Below are positions 1 to 11,452 of a stretch of 64,000 nucleotides of DNA, one piece after another. The stretch comes from Takakia lepidozioides (lineage: Eukaryota > Plantae > Bryophyta). Position 1 is the stretch's first letter; every line of letters starts with the position of its first letter. Location of the stretch: assembly GCA_030704615.1 (NCBI GenBank), contig CM060731.1, forward strand, positions 37,324,001 to 37,388,000, read 5' to 3'. The translations under genes were made by a program, and so were the position numbers. Under the pieces are notes generated by a model. That model saw nothing but the letters and a program-made list of their open reading frames with translations. It ran no database searches and was not told the origin of the DNA.

Positions 1-1095
1 GCCATTCTGCATGACTCCAAACTTTTAGTTACAAATCTATGGACTCAAACCTGTATAAATATGTCTTAAATCTCATAGGTAACTTTAGCTACATATTTCA
101 AGAAGATCACTTGATGAGGACAGGCTGCTTGATACATATTAACGAGGTTGAAAAACTATTGGAGTCATCTTCTTTGAGAATAAACTGCACCTAATTATTT
201 GTATGACCTGGAACACTTGAATCATTAAAACCGTAGTATTCTTGACCTGGAGCTCCATGGTGTACCTCAACATTAGAGCCATCAGCAGATTGTGCTTGAG
301 CTTGCACAATGGCAGCAAGCTTTGCTATCACCCAAGTGTGGCATTGCTGGCAAGGAAGAAGACCGACGAATCTCACAACACTCCTAAGAGTTTAGAAGGC
401 ACGACACACTCTCTCGCACTTTTTTCTCAATAGATTCTTACACACAAGCTGCAAGCTTTCGACCACAAAATAACATGATTTGATTCTTGTCTTTTAAGAC
501 CCTTTGTACCCAAATTCAGTTGTAAATTTAAGACCCTTTGAAGTTGCAACTTTGCATCAACACACTTCAAATTGAAGTAATTAATCAAATCGAATCACTG
601 ACCTGGAATGACTGCTGCAGCATCCAGAATCCCCCCGAAAACTCGTTCCCGTGACCAAGGACCCTGGTAGATACGACATCGATCGCCCCTACGAATGACC
701 CAAAAATAACCACACCTCAGCAAATATCCGCTCAAATCCAGAGCACGCTTCTATTCCAACCCCCTTCCACCTTACGATCACCTGTAAACAGCAGTGGACA
801 TACCAGCACATAATGTATCAATGGAGGCCGCCTCCTGCTCCTCGATCAAGCACAAACACCTCCAACCCACATAGCAAGATGCATCATCGCATCCCCAGAT
901 TCGGAATGCCAAGCTTCCCGCGCGATCAAACATCAAAAAGTTAGCCCCCCTCGAAACTAACTTAAGGGCCGCTTTACACTAGGGCCCAAGACCAAGTGAG
1001 AATGGAGCGTTCCCATTGGCGGAGGCCTGAAAATTGGGCCCAACGGCTTTACACTACGTCTCAAGACCAAGAAAATGGAAGCGGATCATTTGCCT

Positions 1096-1589
1096 TGTGA
1101 TGGCTCATGTTCTCCCGGCCTGACTTTCAGCAAATTCATCACTGTCTGACAGCTTCATCCCATGCCATTAGTATTTATGGCGGGAGACCGTTATATACAA
1201 CTTGACCTATACTTGTTTGAGGTTATCCTAGAGCTTGGTGGCTGCATCTGGCCCCTTCATTGGTCTACAGGCCAGATCTGTTTGTAATCTAGGCAACCCG
1301 TGGCATGCTGCCACGTGGGGTATTGCCTCACCCTAGGTTTTGGGTATAAGCTTGTTCCTGACCTTGAGACAGGGCCCTTCTTTTCGTATGTACAACTTGG
1401 TGTACGGGCTTCTGGACGTGCTCTGTGAGCTTTGGATGTGTGTGTGTTAGCTCTGCATATGCTGTACGTGGGATCTTCTACATGTTCATCTCTCTTCTCG
1501 TGCTCTAAAGCCCGTTCCTTCCGAGCTCTTACACCCCTAGTTTAACGTGCACTTATGAGGACAGAAGAATCTCATTCAAACACAAAATA
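1096..1589 (+). repeat. 5' LTR (repeat A1)
   Basis: Starts TGTGATGG and ends CACAAAATA directly before the PBS; matches 9447-9941. Confidence 0.95.
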
Positions 1590-1606
1590 TGGTGGAGACG
1601 CCGGGT
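1590..1606 (+). promoter_or_regulatory. Primer-binding site, probably tRNA-Ala
   Basis: TGGTGGAGACGCCGGGT is complementary to a tRNA-Ala-type 3' end (…CCCGGCRTCTCCACCA). Confidence 0.75.
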
Positions 1607-1920
1607 AGTGGCGGCTCCGCACGTACAGTGATTTTGCGCGGTTACCTCGGGTTCAATCTGGTTTTGGAAGAAGTTTTTGGTTCAAGAGGAAGTTGCGATG
1701 GCGGCGGCAGCTTCACTCTTCGCGTTGTGCACTTGCATTTGTTTGTCTTGCTTGTTTGTTGTGTGTTGCAATGGCGTCTGCAGTTCTCTATAACTTATCA
1801 AGCGAGAGAGATGACATCGACTCGATTTTGGTTAAGATAGAACTGAGAGTGGAGGTTGCAAACTCTGACGTGGTGGGTTCCAGCCAGTTAGTTTAAGGCG
1901 TTCCTGTATCCGCTCCCAGT

Positions 1921-3021
1921 TTGCAGGTGGTGGATGGTCATCCAGTCTTGGAAATGCCTGCAGCTCCTGCCGTGCGTGTTCCACTGTTGAATCTAGTGGT
2001 TCCTGTTCTTGACATTGAAAGACCTACCTCCTCAGGCTCTAACTACTCAGCGTATACCAGGGTAGAAGCGGCCTTTGAAGAAAGAGCTTTGTATTCGGCT
2101 CGTGGCTCAGTGAGTTTGGGCTCTTTGCCAAGCGGTGACCCTGACAGAGCTGATTACGGTTTGGGCTACGTTGAGCCTGCTTACGATCTTGAGGGGGTGC
2201 CTGATGTTAACTCGCAAATCCAGGACTCTCTTGTGTTTGATAGTGAACAGCTCGAGTTGAGCAATGACGACTTGGTGTGGATCGATAAATTTGAATCTCG
2301 ATTTTTTGTGGACGTCTCGTGTTTTTCAGCTACTGAACGGCAGAGAGTCTCTGCCTAGTTCAACGATCCTGCTTTACTGGTGAGGGAAGTCCATAGTGTG
2401 ATTGACAAAGAGCTAGCTTTGAGGATACAGTTCAAGGTGCATATCCTCGAACTCAAAAGTCGATTTTTGTCATACGGTGCCCTAGAATTCAAGCAGTTTG
2501 GGCTTTGCGAACAAATCTCCGTTCAATCCCTTGACGTTCCGCTGGTGTCCTGCGATTTTGTGGATCCCTGGCATTTGGCTTTGTTCACCAGTGACATTGG
2601 TGCGATTTTGTTACGATTGTTAAGATTTGGGAGTCTTGCGGTGTGTACACCTACTACCCGTGACCTTGTTGAAACTTGATTCTCTCACGGGTCATAGTGA
2701 GAAGGCTCTTCAAGGAGATCTTGTTATTCTCCCTAACGAACAATTCATTCTCCGCTCGATTCGCAAACTGAACGTTTTTGACTCCATCGGGCATTGGCCG
2801 CCGATCAATGCCCGTTGAACACTGTCTTGTCTCGAACTTGGAGAAGTGACTGTTACTAGGGGTCAGACTACACCTTGTATGTGGGTTCTTGGTTCAAGAA
2901 TTCCCGTGGGTGGAATTGGTTGGCTCTTGCTGAGCACGATCAAGAGACACACAAGCTTTTGAGGATTGTGACTCCACAAGCTGGGCAGTGTACCAGTGTG
3001 GTGGAAGTTGAAGATCTCTAA
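1921..3021 (+). pseudogene. Extra ORF upstream of gag, function unknown, disrupted
   Basis: ORFs 1921-2358 and 2380-2679 share one frame and are separated by a single TAG. Reading continues after a frameshift (2627-2818 and beyond). About 350 codons between PBS and gag. Confidence 0.55.
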
Positions 3022-3040
3022 AGGTGCTGATTCCTAACTA

Positions 3041-4680
3041 ATGTCCAACTCGCCCAATAGCCGTTGGTTGCGTTCAGGTAGAAATATGATATCTGCTGCT
3101 CCTGTGTTATCTCCAGTCACTGAGCCTCGACATAGGACTTTTGTAGAGTCAGATTTGGTATCAATGGAAGAAGGATTTAGTGGGGTTGATGGTAGAAATC
3201 AGGTTAGGGCTTCCAATGGTCTTGCACCTGCGGCAACCACTAGCACCAAGCCTGACTTGGGTGGTAGAATTCAGGAAAACTTGGATGTTGCAGATGATAC
3301 GAGGGCCAACCTGTATGCCATGGATTTCCATGCACGACGGATGGACGGCTTGGATCGCATAGGGGAGTCACGTGCAAGTCAGCCTAGCATCTCAGTTTCG
3401 AGTTCCGCTCCACCGGCAGAATTGAGGCCTATTTCCTTGCATGACAATCCTCAATTTCAAGGTATGCCTGTCACCTCCTCTCGTGCATCTCATCCTTTGT
3501 ACGTGGCTAGTGAGTCCGTTTGGTCTGGCCCTGTGCGAAGCCAAGTGCTTGCACAGAGTTAACCAGCTCTTCAGTCATGGTCCAGTACCCCACCTACTAT
3601 ATTACCACTCTCCCGGGCTATGGGAGGGATGGCAGTTCATGAGGAGGTCAAGTCACAATAATTTGGGAATTCAGCCAGTGGCTTTTCAGGGACATATAGA
3701 TGCTGGTCATGTATACCATGTAGCACTGGTGATTACTTATGCCTATCCTGAGTATAACATGGGAAATAAGATAAAGATTTTTTTGGAATTGTTTGAAGTC
3801 AGTGCTCAAATGAACAAAGCTACGGAAGAGGTCATGATAGGTACATTCCGCATGAGCATGCAAGGAGAAGCCAATGATTTGTTGCATGTTGCTCCGAGTG
3901 GTGAAGAAAACCTGACTTGGGCCAAGGTTAAAAAAAGAGCCCTCATGATCTTTAAACCTACGGAGAGGCCTTTGGATAGCCTTGACAAACTTTGTGGCCG
4001 GCCATACAAGGAGGGTGAGTCTCTTTGGCAATAATTTTTAGATCTAAGGGCTGCTGCTGTTGAACAAGTGCCTGAAGATGTTGTTATTAGGGAGAGGTTG
4101 CTAAGACAACACTTCTTGAGAGGCATGCCAACAGAAGTGAAAGCCTGGGGACAACGTCGTACTTTCAGGGATAGTGATGAGATATTACATGAGGTTAGTC
4201 TTAAGCTTAGGGACCTGGCTGAAGCAAAGCAAAGGCGACACCATGTGAAATTTCAGATCCCTTATATGGATCATGAAGATACCATGGCCGCCACATTTGA
4301 TGAGAGAGAGACCTCTCCTGTAGGATCTGAGTCTAGTGACTCTGCTTTGCAAGAATTGGCTCACACTGTGGGTGAGTTGGGAAAAAACATAGCTACTCAA
4401 TTTGCAGCCTTGAAGGCTGATTAGCAGAGGACTGAGTGGAGACCCAGAGACTAGCAAAGAGCTGAATACAAACCCAGAGATCAGCAGAGAGGTAAAGGTA
4501 GAGGGTTCAAAGGTAAGACACAAACAGGGGCTACTTATGAGAGGAAGTTTGCTCCTTGTTATATTTGTGGCAGTGATGAGCATTACACTAAGGTATGTCC
4601 TGACCGTGAGGGCTATGCTGATTATATCAAAGAGAAGAAGAAGGCAGGGTCTTCCAACCAGGCTGCCCACGCACATTTAA
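3041..4680 (+). pseudogene. gag: gag (frameshifted) with CCHC zinc knuckle
   Basis: ORFs 3041-3562, 3441-4034 and 4068-4424 with retrotransposon-gag-like text (YKEGESL…, FLRGMP). Zinc knuckle CYICGSDEHYTKVC at ~4557-4598. Confidence 0.85.
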
Positions 4681-4694
4681 ACTAAAAAGATCTT

Positions 4695-5410
4695 TTGGGT
4701 AGGGGACAAGAGGTTATGGGAAACAACACCCTGTTGATGCAAGTAAGGGTCATGTTGTCAACTAACTTTAAGGCTTTGCATTGTGAACTAGCCAAGAAAT
4801 GTCAAGTGCATGACATAAGTCCCTTGATCACACAATGTCATGTGCATCATTTGAGTTTTCCATGTGTTGTAGATACTGGATGTACCATGTCTGCCATCCC
4901 CTTGCAGGTAGTGAGAGTCTTGGGCCCAAGTTGACCCCTGCACAAGGCATGGAGGTCATCATTGCAGATGGGTCAAGGTATGAGCCCTTGGGGCTGGTCA
5001 CTGTCCCTTGTAGAATACACTTTACATGCATTGAGAAGATTAAAGAAAATAATTTCCATGTGAGGGGGAATGGCGCTTATACCTTGCATGGTAATTTTTT
5101 CCCTTGGACATCATCCCGATATCGGTCTTTCTTGCACTTTGGACACTTGGTGAGACGCGAATCATCTCCGTAGTATAGGGTTTCATCACATGGACATGCA
5201 TGAAAAATCTTATAGCCCATCCCCACACTAGAGTCCAAGACTTCGCGCGTCTCTTTCCGCGAGAAAGAGGTCTTGATTACTTGCATAGTTATAGTAGGAG
5301 ACCAATTCTTATTGGGATTGGATTGGATGATAGGGGCTCAAGCTACCATCACATCAACCTTGGTGACAATTCCCTAAGATTTCCAATGGAGAAGGACATG
5401 AAGTTATAGT
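4695..5410 (+). pseudogene. Retroviral-type aspartic protease, interrupted
   Basis: CVVDTGCTMSAI (~4863), IIADGS, and C-terminal FLLGLDW (~5306-5327). Foreign DNA occupies ~5015-5285. Confidence 0.85.
5015..5285 (-). mobile_element. Fragment of CACTA/EnSpm transposase inserted in the protease
   Basis: Minus strand reads GMGYKIFHACPCDETLYYGDDSRLTKCPKCKKDRYRDDVQGKKLPCKV, matching the IHAC-x2-C-xLY…CPxC…RY…PxKV motif of CACTA TnpD-type transposases. Confidence 0.8.
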
Positions 5411-5607
5411 GCCTCTCAAGATGCATGTAGGCACTGCTACTCCAACATTTCCTAAGTTCAAGCCATGGTAAGGGAGGTAATGCAAAGGACCCACCACAAC
5501 ATGTCTTGGCTGGATTTTTACAATATAAGCCAGATCTTGCCTTGATGTATGAGTGACATGTACCTAGCTCTGGTCAAATGTCTGGTGCTCCCATTATGGT
5601 GCAAAAG

Positions 5608-5925
5608 AACAGTACTTTGATTAGAGCTCCATGTGATGTCACTATTCTATCTATGTGCCAGAGAGTGGTCAAGACCCAATTGGCCTATCTTTGTCCTAAG
5701 GGACACTACCTTGAGGTTGATGGATGGAGGAGGCTTACTGCCTTAAAGCATTGCCTTGTTGCTACTGGGGTTCTTGATAGAGGTTACAAAGACGAAGTCA
5801 AGCTCCTTATAGCCAATCTTGAAAGGTTTCCTGTGATCATCAAGAAGGGGCAAGTGCTTGCTAGAATTTCTGCCCGTCCCTTAGAAGAGATTGGTGAAGT
5901 CCAGCCTGCTTTTGGTTTTGAAGCC
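5608..5925 (+). other. dUTPase-like domain in pol, between PR and RT
   Basis: RAPCDVTI…VKTQLAYLCPKGHYLEV…GVLDRGYKDEVKLLIAN…IKKGQVLARI resembles the trimeric dUTPase motifs III (GVIDxDYRGE) and IV (GDRIAQ). In frame with RT in ORF 5578-6735. Confidence 0.7.
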
Positions 5926-6129
5926 TTAGGCATTGCCCATGATCAATCAGATCTGGTCACTGTTTTTTCCAGCCACTCTTCTCCTGCCATGAGCTTCAAG
6001 AATAGACTCAATGCTCAAGAAAGAGAAGCCCTTGCCAAAGTCCTTGGTGAGATCAAACTCAACCCTTTACTTGAGGAAGCCCAAAAGAAACAAGTTGAGA
6101 CCTTGAGACTGAGGGACCTCCTGTCAAGC

Positions 6130-7384
6130 AATTTGCCTATAGAGAGTGTGAAAGAGAGGGCTATTGTGCAAGAGGAAATAAAAAAAATGCTTGATGCTGG
6201 TGTGATTAAGCCTTCCATCTCTCCTTGGGCCAGTCCCATAGTCCTTGTAGGGAAGAAAGATGGAAGTACTCGCTTCTGTGTGGACTTCAGGCGTCTCAAT
6301 ACAGTCACCAAGAAAGATGCATATCCCCTCCCTAGGATCAATGAGACCATTGACATGTTACATGGAGCCACTGTGTTTTCTTCCTTAGACTTGGCCTCTG
6401 GATTTTGGCAAGTACCTCTGACTGAGGAAGCAAAAGAGAAAACCTCCTTTGTCTGTAGGATGGGCAAGTACCAATATGAAACCATGCATTTTGGTTTGTG
6501 CAATGCAACTTCTACCTTCCATCACCTAATGGATATTGTCCTTCGAAATTTGAGGTGGGAGTGTGCTTTGATATACATTGATGACATCAATGTATATTCA
6601 GCCACCTTTGAAGCCCATCTTCTTGACTTGCAACGTGTCTTCAGCAGACTTAGAGCTGCAGGGTTAAAGGTTAAGCTAAAGAAATTATGTGAATTGTGCA
6701 TGCCCGAGCTTCACTTCTTGGGTCATGTCCTATAAAAAAAAGGTCTGAAGCCTGATCCTGAGAAGCTTCGCTCTGTCTGGGAGTTTCCCATTCCCGAATC
6801 CCAAGGACAAACACTGTGTTAAATTCTTCCTTGGTTTGGCTTTTACTACCGGAGGCATCAAACATTTTGCCATGATTGCTTTTGCTTTGACCAAGCTTCT
6901 GGCTAAGGATGTTCGCTTTGAATGGGGCACTTTCCAACAAGTTGCATTTGACAGGTTGAAGGTTGCTCTCATTACTGCTCCAGTCCTTATGTTTCCCAAT
7001 TTTCACCTGCCTTTCAAGATGCAAACAGATGCTTCTGATGTTGACATCTCTGCCATTTTGTGTCAAGTAGTTGATGGGAAGGAGCATGTCATTGCTTATG
7101 CCTCTAGGAAGCTGGACAAGCATGAAAATAACTACTCTATCACTGATAAGGAGGGGCTAGCTTTGACCTTTGGTGTTAAACACTACAAACAATATTTGCA
7201 TGGCAACAAGTTTGTGGTTGCGACTGATTATCTTCCCCTTAAGGCATTGCTTCGGCCTCGTGAGTTGTATGGTAGACTGGCACGATGGGTTACGTTCCTA
7301 CAAGAGTTTGATCTTGACATTGTCTACAAGAAGGGGAAGGAAAATTCAATGCAGATGCTCTTACACGGGTTGAGCCTCATGTAG
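6130..7384 (+). pseudogene. pol: Reverse transcriptase + RNase H (frameshifted)
   Basis: SPWASPIVLVGKKDGSTRFCVDFRRLN, DLASGFWQV, YIDD, FLGH. RNase H motifs QTDASD, AYASRKL, KEGLA, TDY, RLARWVTFLQEFD. Confidence 0.95.
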
Positions 7385-7825
7385 GCAAGCCTATGGTGAC
7401 CTTGGAGGACTTGGCTGCTCTTGATATATCCTCTCCTAAGGGGACAAACCCTGTTCTTAACCTTTTATGTGTTGATCAGCAACCTCTTCTTCTTGATCCA
7501 TCTAGCTTGGAGATTGCATGGGGCTGGTCTAGCCTTCTTGATGATCTAGGCTGAGTCCTTATATTGCTGGTTTGGACAGTGGATCTCATGTCTAAAGCCT
7601 TTGTGAGGGGCTAATCTATCCTTCCTTATTCCTTGTCTTTCCTTTTCAGCCTTGGTTCGGGTTTGGTGCATCTATTGATGTACTCCGGTGTAGGTTTTGG
7701 CAGTGCTTTAAGGCCCGATTTGCCTTCCCATGAGCCATTTCAAATGAGGCAAGGATCTAGTGGCTGGAGATAACATGAGGCAAGCACTCCATGTCACCCT
7801 TACTAAAGCCCATTGAACCTCGCTT

Positions 7826-9028
7826 ATGTGCAGTACAATCATGGATGATATGCTGCATGTAGAGCTACTCCATCAGTGTCTTCATGGACGTTCACCTGTA
7901 GGGCTCCTTGAGAAGTTGAGGAAGCAAGTGTTGTACAATGTGGATGCTCATCGTTGTAGGGATGGCAAGTTGTACAAAGTGGGCACTAAGGATGGGAGTC
8001 CTTGCTACTTGGAGATACCACCACGGAGCCAGTTAGATGCTTTGTTGGAATGCTTTCATGCTTCTTTGTATGCAGGTCATCTTGCGGTCAAGAAGACTAT
8101 AGCTCGCATACAAGAGGTGTACTACTGGAAGGGAATTCAAAGAGATGTGACTGCCTTCATCTCTAAGTGGGAGACATGTCGATCTAACCTTGCACTTCCT
8201 CGGGTGGGGGTCACTTATAAATTGCAATCCTTGCCTGTAACACATGCATTTGCTTGAGTTGGTAATGATTTGGTAGGACCTCTCGCTCTCATGTTAAAGG
8301 GTCATAACTATCTTTGGGTAGTTACAGATTACTTGACTAAGTGGGTAGAAGTCTGTCCTATGGTTATCAAGGATTCTGACTCGGTAGCACAACTCTTCTT
8401 TGAGGAGATTGTGATGAGACATGGTTGTCCTCTTGAGGTCCTTATTGATAATGGTCGGGAGTCTTGCAATGACCTCTTGAATATCATATACTATAACTTT
8501 GGAATCAAGCATGTGACTACAGCCCCCTACCATCCTCAAACCAATGGTTTGACGGAGCGTTTCAATCAGACTTTCTACCGAATGTTGGCGAAGAATGGCG
8601 AGCTTGCAAGGGAGTGGGACATCTTCATTCCTCCTCTGGTCTTTGCTTATCACACTGCTATTCATGCTAGCACGAGGAAAACTCCTTTTGAGTTGCTTTA
8701 TGGTAAACGTTGTGTCTCTCCTTTGCATCCTACTCCACTGATTTCCATTGTTTCTAAGCCTGCTGACTTGACTGATTTTGTAGAGAGGGTGCGTGCTAGG
8801 CACATGGTATCGGTTAATGAGGCTAAGGCTAACATAGTTCTTGCTCAAGCAGTACAGGCTAGGAATTTTAACAAGCGGGTTAAGTACTCAAATCACTTCC
8901 ATGAGGGACAGACTGTGTGCCTACGTCTTCTGCAGGGGCAACATGTATGTAAATCTAAGCGGAAGATCGATGGTCCTTATTTGTTGTACAAGTTGCTTCG
9001 TGGGAGACGTGCTTTGATTTTGCCGTAG
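7826..9028 (+). pseudogene. DDE integrase
   Basis: HHCC-like FHASLYAGHL…YYWKGIQRDV…WETC, then DLVGPL, TDYLTKW, DNGRE, YHPQTNGLTERFN, TPFELLYG. Confidence 0.93.
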
Positions 9029-9421
9029 AGACACAATACGAAAGCACAGGAGGAGCCAATGGCACTTGCAGATTTGATTCATTCTAAGCTGGTTTTTGAC
9101 TTGACATGCATCAATGTTGAGGGCGTTCAGTGGTACTTACTCCTCGTGGTGCAGGTGCTATGGAGACTTCGATTTCATAGGAGACCTCTTTTGGACTTGA
9201 ACATCTCTTCATTTTCAGATTGTAGTATTCTTCCATAGTTGTTTTGTAGTCTAGTTTTAGACTTAGCATGAAGTTCCAACTTGTCCACACGCGTAAAGTT
9301 TTCCTTTGCAGGGGTTTTGTCCCACCGGGTTTTCCCATGAAAGGTTTTTCACCTTGCAACGTTGGGGAAATTCATGGCGGGGTAACATCCTTATATTTTA
9401 TCTCGCGGAGCTCGGATTTTT

Positions 9422-9434
9422 AAGGGGGGGGGGA
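9422..9434 (+). promoter_or_regulatory. Polypurine tract
   Basis: AAG10A run ending 12 nt upstream of the 3' LTR TG. Confidence 0.85.
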
Positions 9435-9951
9435 AGCCTTCACATATGTGATGGCCTATGTTCTTCTGGCCTGACTTTCAGCCTATTCATCACTGTCTGA
9501 CAGGTTCATCCCATGCCATTAGTATTTACAGCGGGAGATCGTTATATACAGCCTGACCTGTACTTGTTTGAGGTTATCTTAGAGCTTTGTGGCTGCATCT
9601 GGCCCCTTCATTGGTCTACGGGCCAGATCTGTTTGTAATCTAGGCAACCCGTGGCATGCTGCCATGTGGGGGTATTGCCTCACCCTAGGTTTTGGGTATA
9701 AGCTTGTTTCTGACCTTGAGTCAGGGCCCTTCTTTTCGTATGTACAACTTGGTGTACGGGCTTCTGGACGTGCTCTGTGAGCTTTGGATGTGTGTGTGTT
9801 AGCTCTGCATATGCTGTACGTGGGATCCTCTACATGTTCATCTCTCTTCTCGTGCTATAAAACCCGCTCCTTCCGAGTTCTTACACCCTTAGTTTAACGT
9901 GTACTTGTGAGGACGGGAGAATCTCATTCAAGCACAAAATAAGCCTTCACA
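9435..9951 (+). repeat. 3' terminal block B1-TA-A2-B2 (AGCCTTCACA 9435-9444, TA, LTR 9447-9941, AGCCTTCACA 9942-9951)
   Basis: The identical 10-mer AGCCTTCACA occurs on both sides of the 3' LTR and is absent from both ends of the 5' LTR. Confidence 0.92.
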
Positions 9952-11452
9952 GCCTATATGGCAGTTTTGGCTCCAACTTCTTGGGCCAGACAGAAAAAAA
10001 AAGAACCCTCCTAGAATGGAGACCCAACTCTCAACTCTTGGGCTCAAGAAGTTTGGTATTAAAATAGACTATTTTTGTGCGATCATGATGGTTGACGTTG
10101 GCCCAAGACCAACCCAAGAGTGGTAGAAATTGGGCCCATGATGTCTTGGCTTGGGCCCTAGTGTAAAGCGGCCTTAAAAGCCGACATGAACTTTGATTTT
10201 GGTTCCACTCTAAAAGGGCCAACTTCCATGTATCGGCCAAGTTGGATTTGCTTCCATGTGTTAATTTTAGCCGGCGCCCAAATATCAAATATCGGTGACC
10301 GGCATCGGTAAGCGTGGAATATGGCGCCAGAGTTCATGGCCGATATCCGGAATAGCTTTTCACCTGTTGTGTTGTTTACCATGTCTCTTCTACATGCTGT
10401 GAAGGTCACCTTTGTGCACATTGCTCATTATTGCTCATCTCCCTTAACTCCCGCCGGGACCCACCCTTTGCCAAATGACGTGCTCAATTGGTCTAGGCCT
10501 CGGAGAGCGATGCAGACCTATTGCCCGATTACCTTTGAACCCTATGCACATCAAAGCAACCATCCATGCCACCAGTCGGCCATGCTCAAACTTTGATAAC
10601 TTGGCTGAGAAATGGAGAAAGAACCCTTGGGCTTAGTCAACCAAGCGAAAACTAGCATGCGTTCAAAAATGGATGTGATAATGGATGACAATCACGGTGG
10701 TATGGTGAAAAGCTGGTCCGTGACAAGCAGGAGAAACCAGAGGAACCAATTGCGTAGTCGGTGCCTGAAGATAGGGCCAACAAAATAAGGCATGAGAGTA
10801 CGTTATTTGTCCAGTTTTCTATTAGTGGAACTAGTTTTTAGATTCAAGGGTTGTAAAACACATCATTCAATCTCCAAAAGCCACGGAGGTGTGAGAGTTT
10901 TAGTTGCAAGGATCGACAATCAGGCAAGCCTTGAAGAGCGGGGCTCTAGGGAGCAACCGTGAGACAAGACAAAGGCACGCCTCAATTTGCGTCTGTAACG
11001 CTTGGCATCTTCAGGCTAACGGATACTTGACCCGTATGCAGGGTAGATTAAGAGGGTACATCCGGGTAAAACATTGCAGGTTTGGGGTAAATCCGGGTAA
11101 GTGATTTACCGCACAGCACTGGTGATCCACTTTTGTTGGTCAGCGCCACATTGACCACCTCCTCATTCTTCGTCAGCGATTTTTCAGGCTGTGTGAGGCT
11201 TTGTTCATTGTCTCACCCATTTTTGTGAAGTACTCGTCCTCCTTTCTGTGCAAGCTTGCCCAAACCGCCACCGCCCAGCTTTCGTATGGTGGAGGCACAA
11301 TGAATCCGACTATCGTCATAAGCTACAATGTGATACTAACTCTGTCTTTCTGCACAATCATCAGCTTGGACTCGCTTACAACCTACTCCTTGTGCGCTCC
11401 TGCATTCTTTTTCTTTCTGTTTCTCTTATTCAGGAGAAACGAAACCAACCCG

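Larger units (their letters stand above)
1096..9951 (+). mobile_element. Full-length but decayed Ty3/gypsy LTR retrotransposon (extra ORF-gag-PR-dUTPase-like-RT-RH-IN) with permuted termini
   Basis: Direct repeats 1096-1589 and 9447-9941 (about 30 substitutions plus 1 indel by eye, ~94% identical). Termini TGTGATGGCT...AGCCTTCACA. TSD GCCT at 1092-1095 and 9952-9955. PBS, PPT and RT-RH-IN order present. Confidence 0.95.
966..10174. mobile_element. PIF/Harbinger (Tourist-like) MITE, ~350 bp, split by the LTR retrotransposon (966-1095 + 9956-10174)
   Basis: Left end gGGCCGCTTTACACTAGGGCCCAAG at 966; its reverse complement CTTGGGCCCTAGTGTAAAGCGGCCt ends at 10174 (24-bp perfect TIR core). TAA on both flanks (963-965, 10175-10177). 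Confidence 0.88.

Noticed and set aside
1-460. Possible 5' end of a minus-strand gene leaving the window
   Set aside because: Splice-like sites and a short ORF, but no recognisable protein; cannot be supported.
9933-9941. Conventional LTR end at CACA (9936) with a 5-bp TSD
   Set aside because: Flanks would be TGCCT vs AAATA, which do not match; AAATA is shared with the 5' LTR.
1096-9951. DIRS/Ngaro tyrosine-recombinase element, suggested by the split repeats
   Set aside because: It has a clear DDE integrase, aspartic protease, PBS, PPT and TSD, and no YR motif was seen.
11020-11121. hAT-like right end (CAGCACTG with CGGGTA repeats)
   Set aside because: No partner TIR or TSD found.
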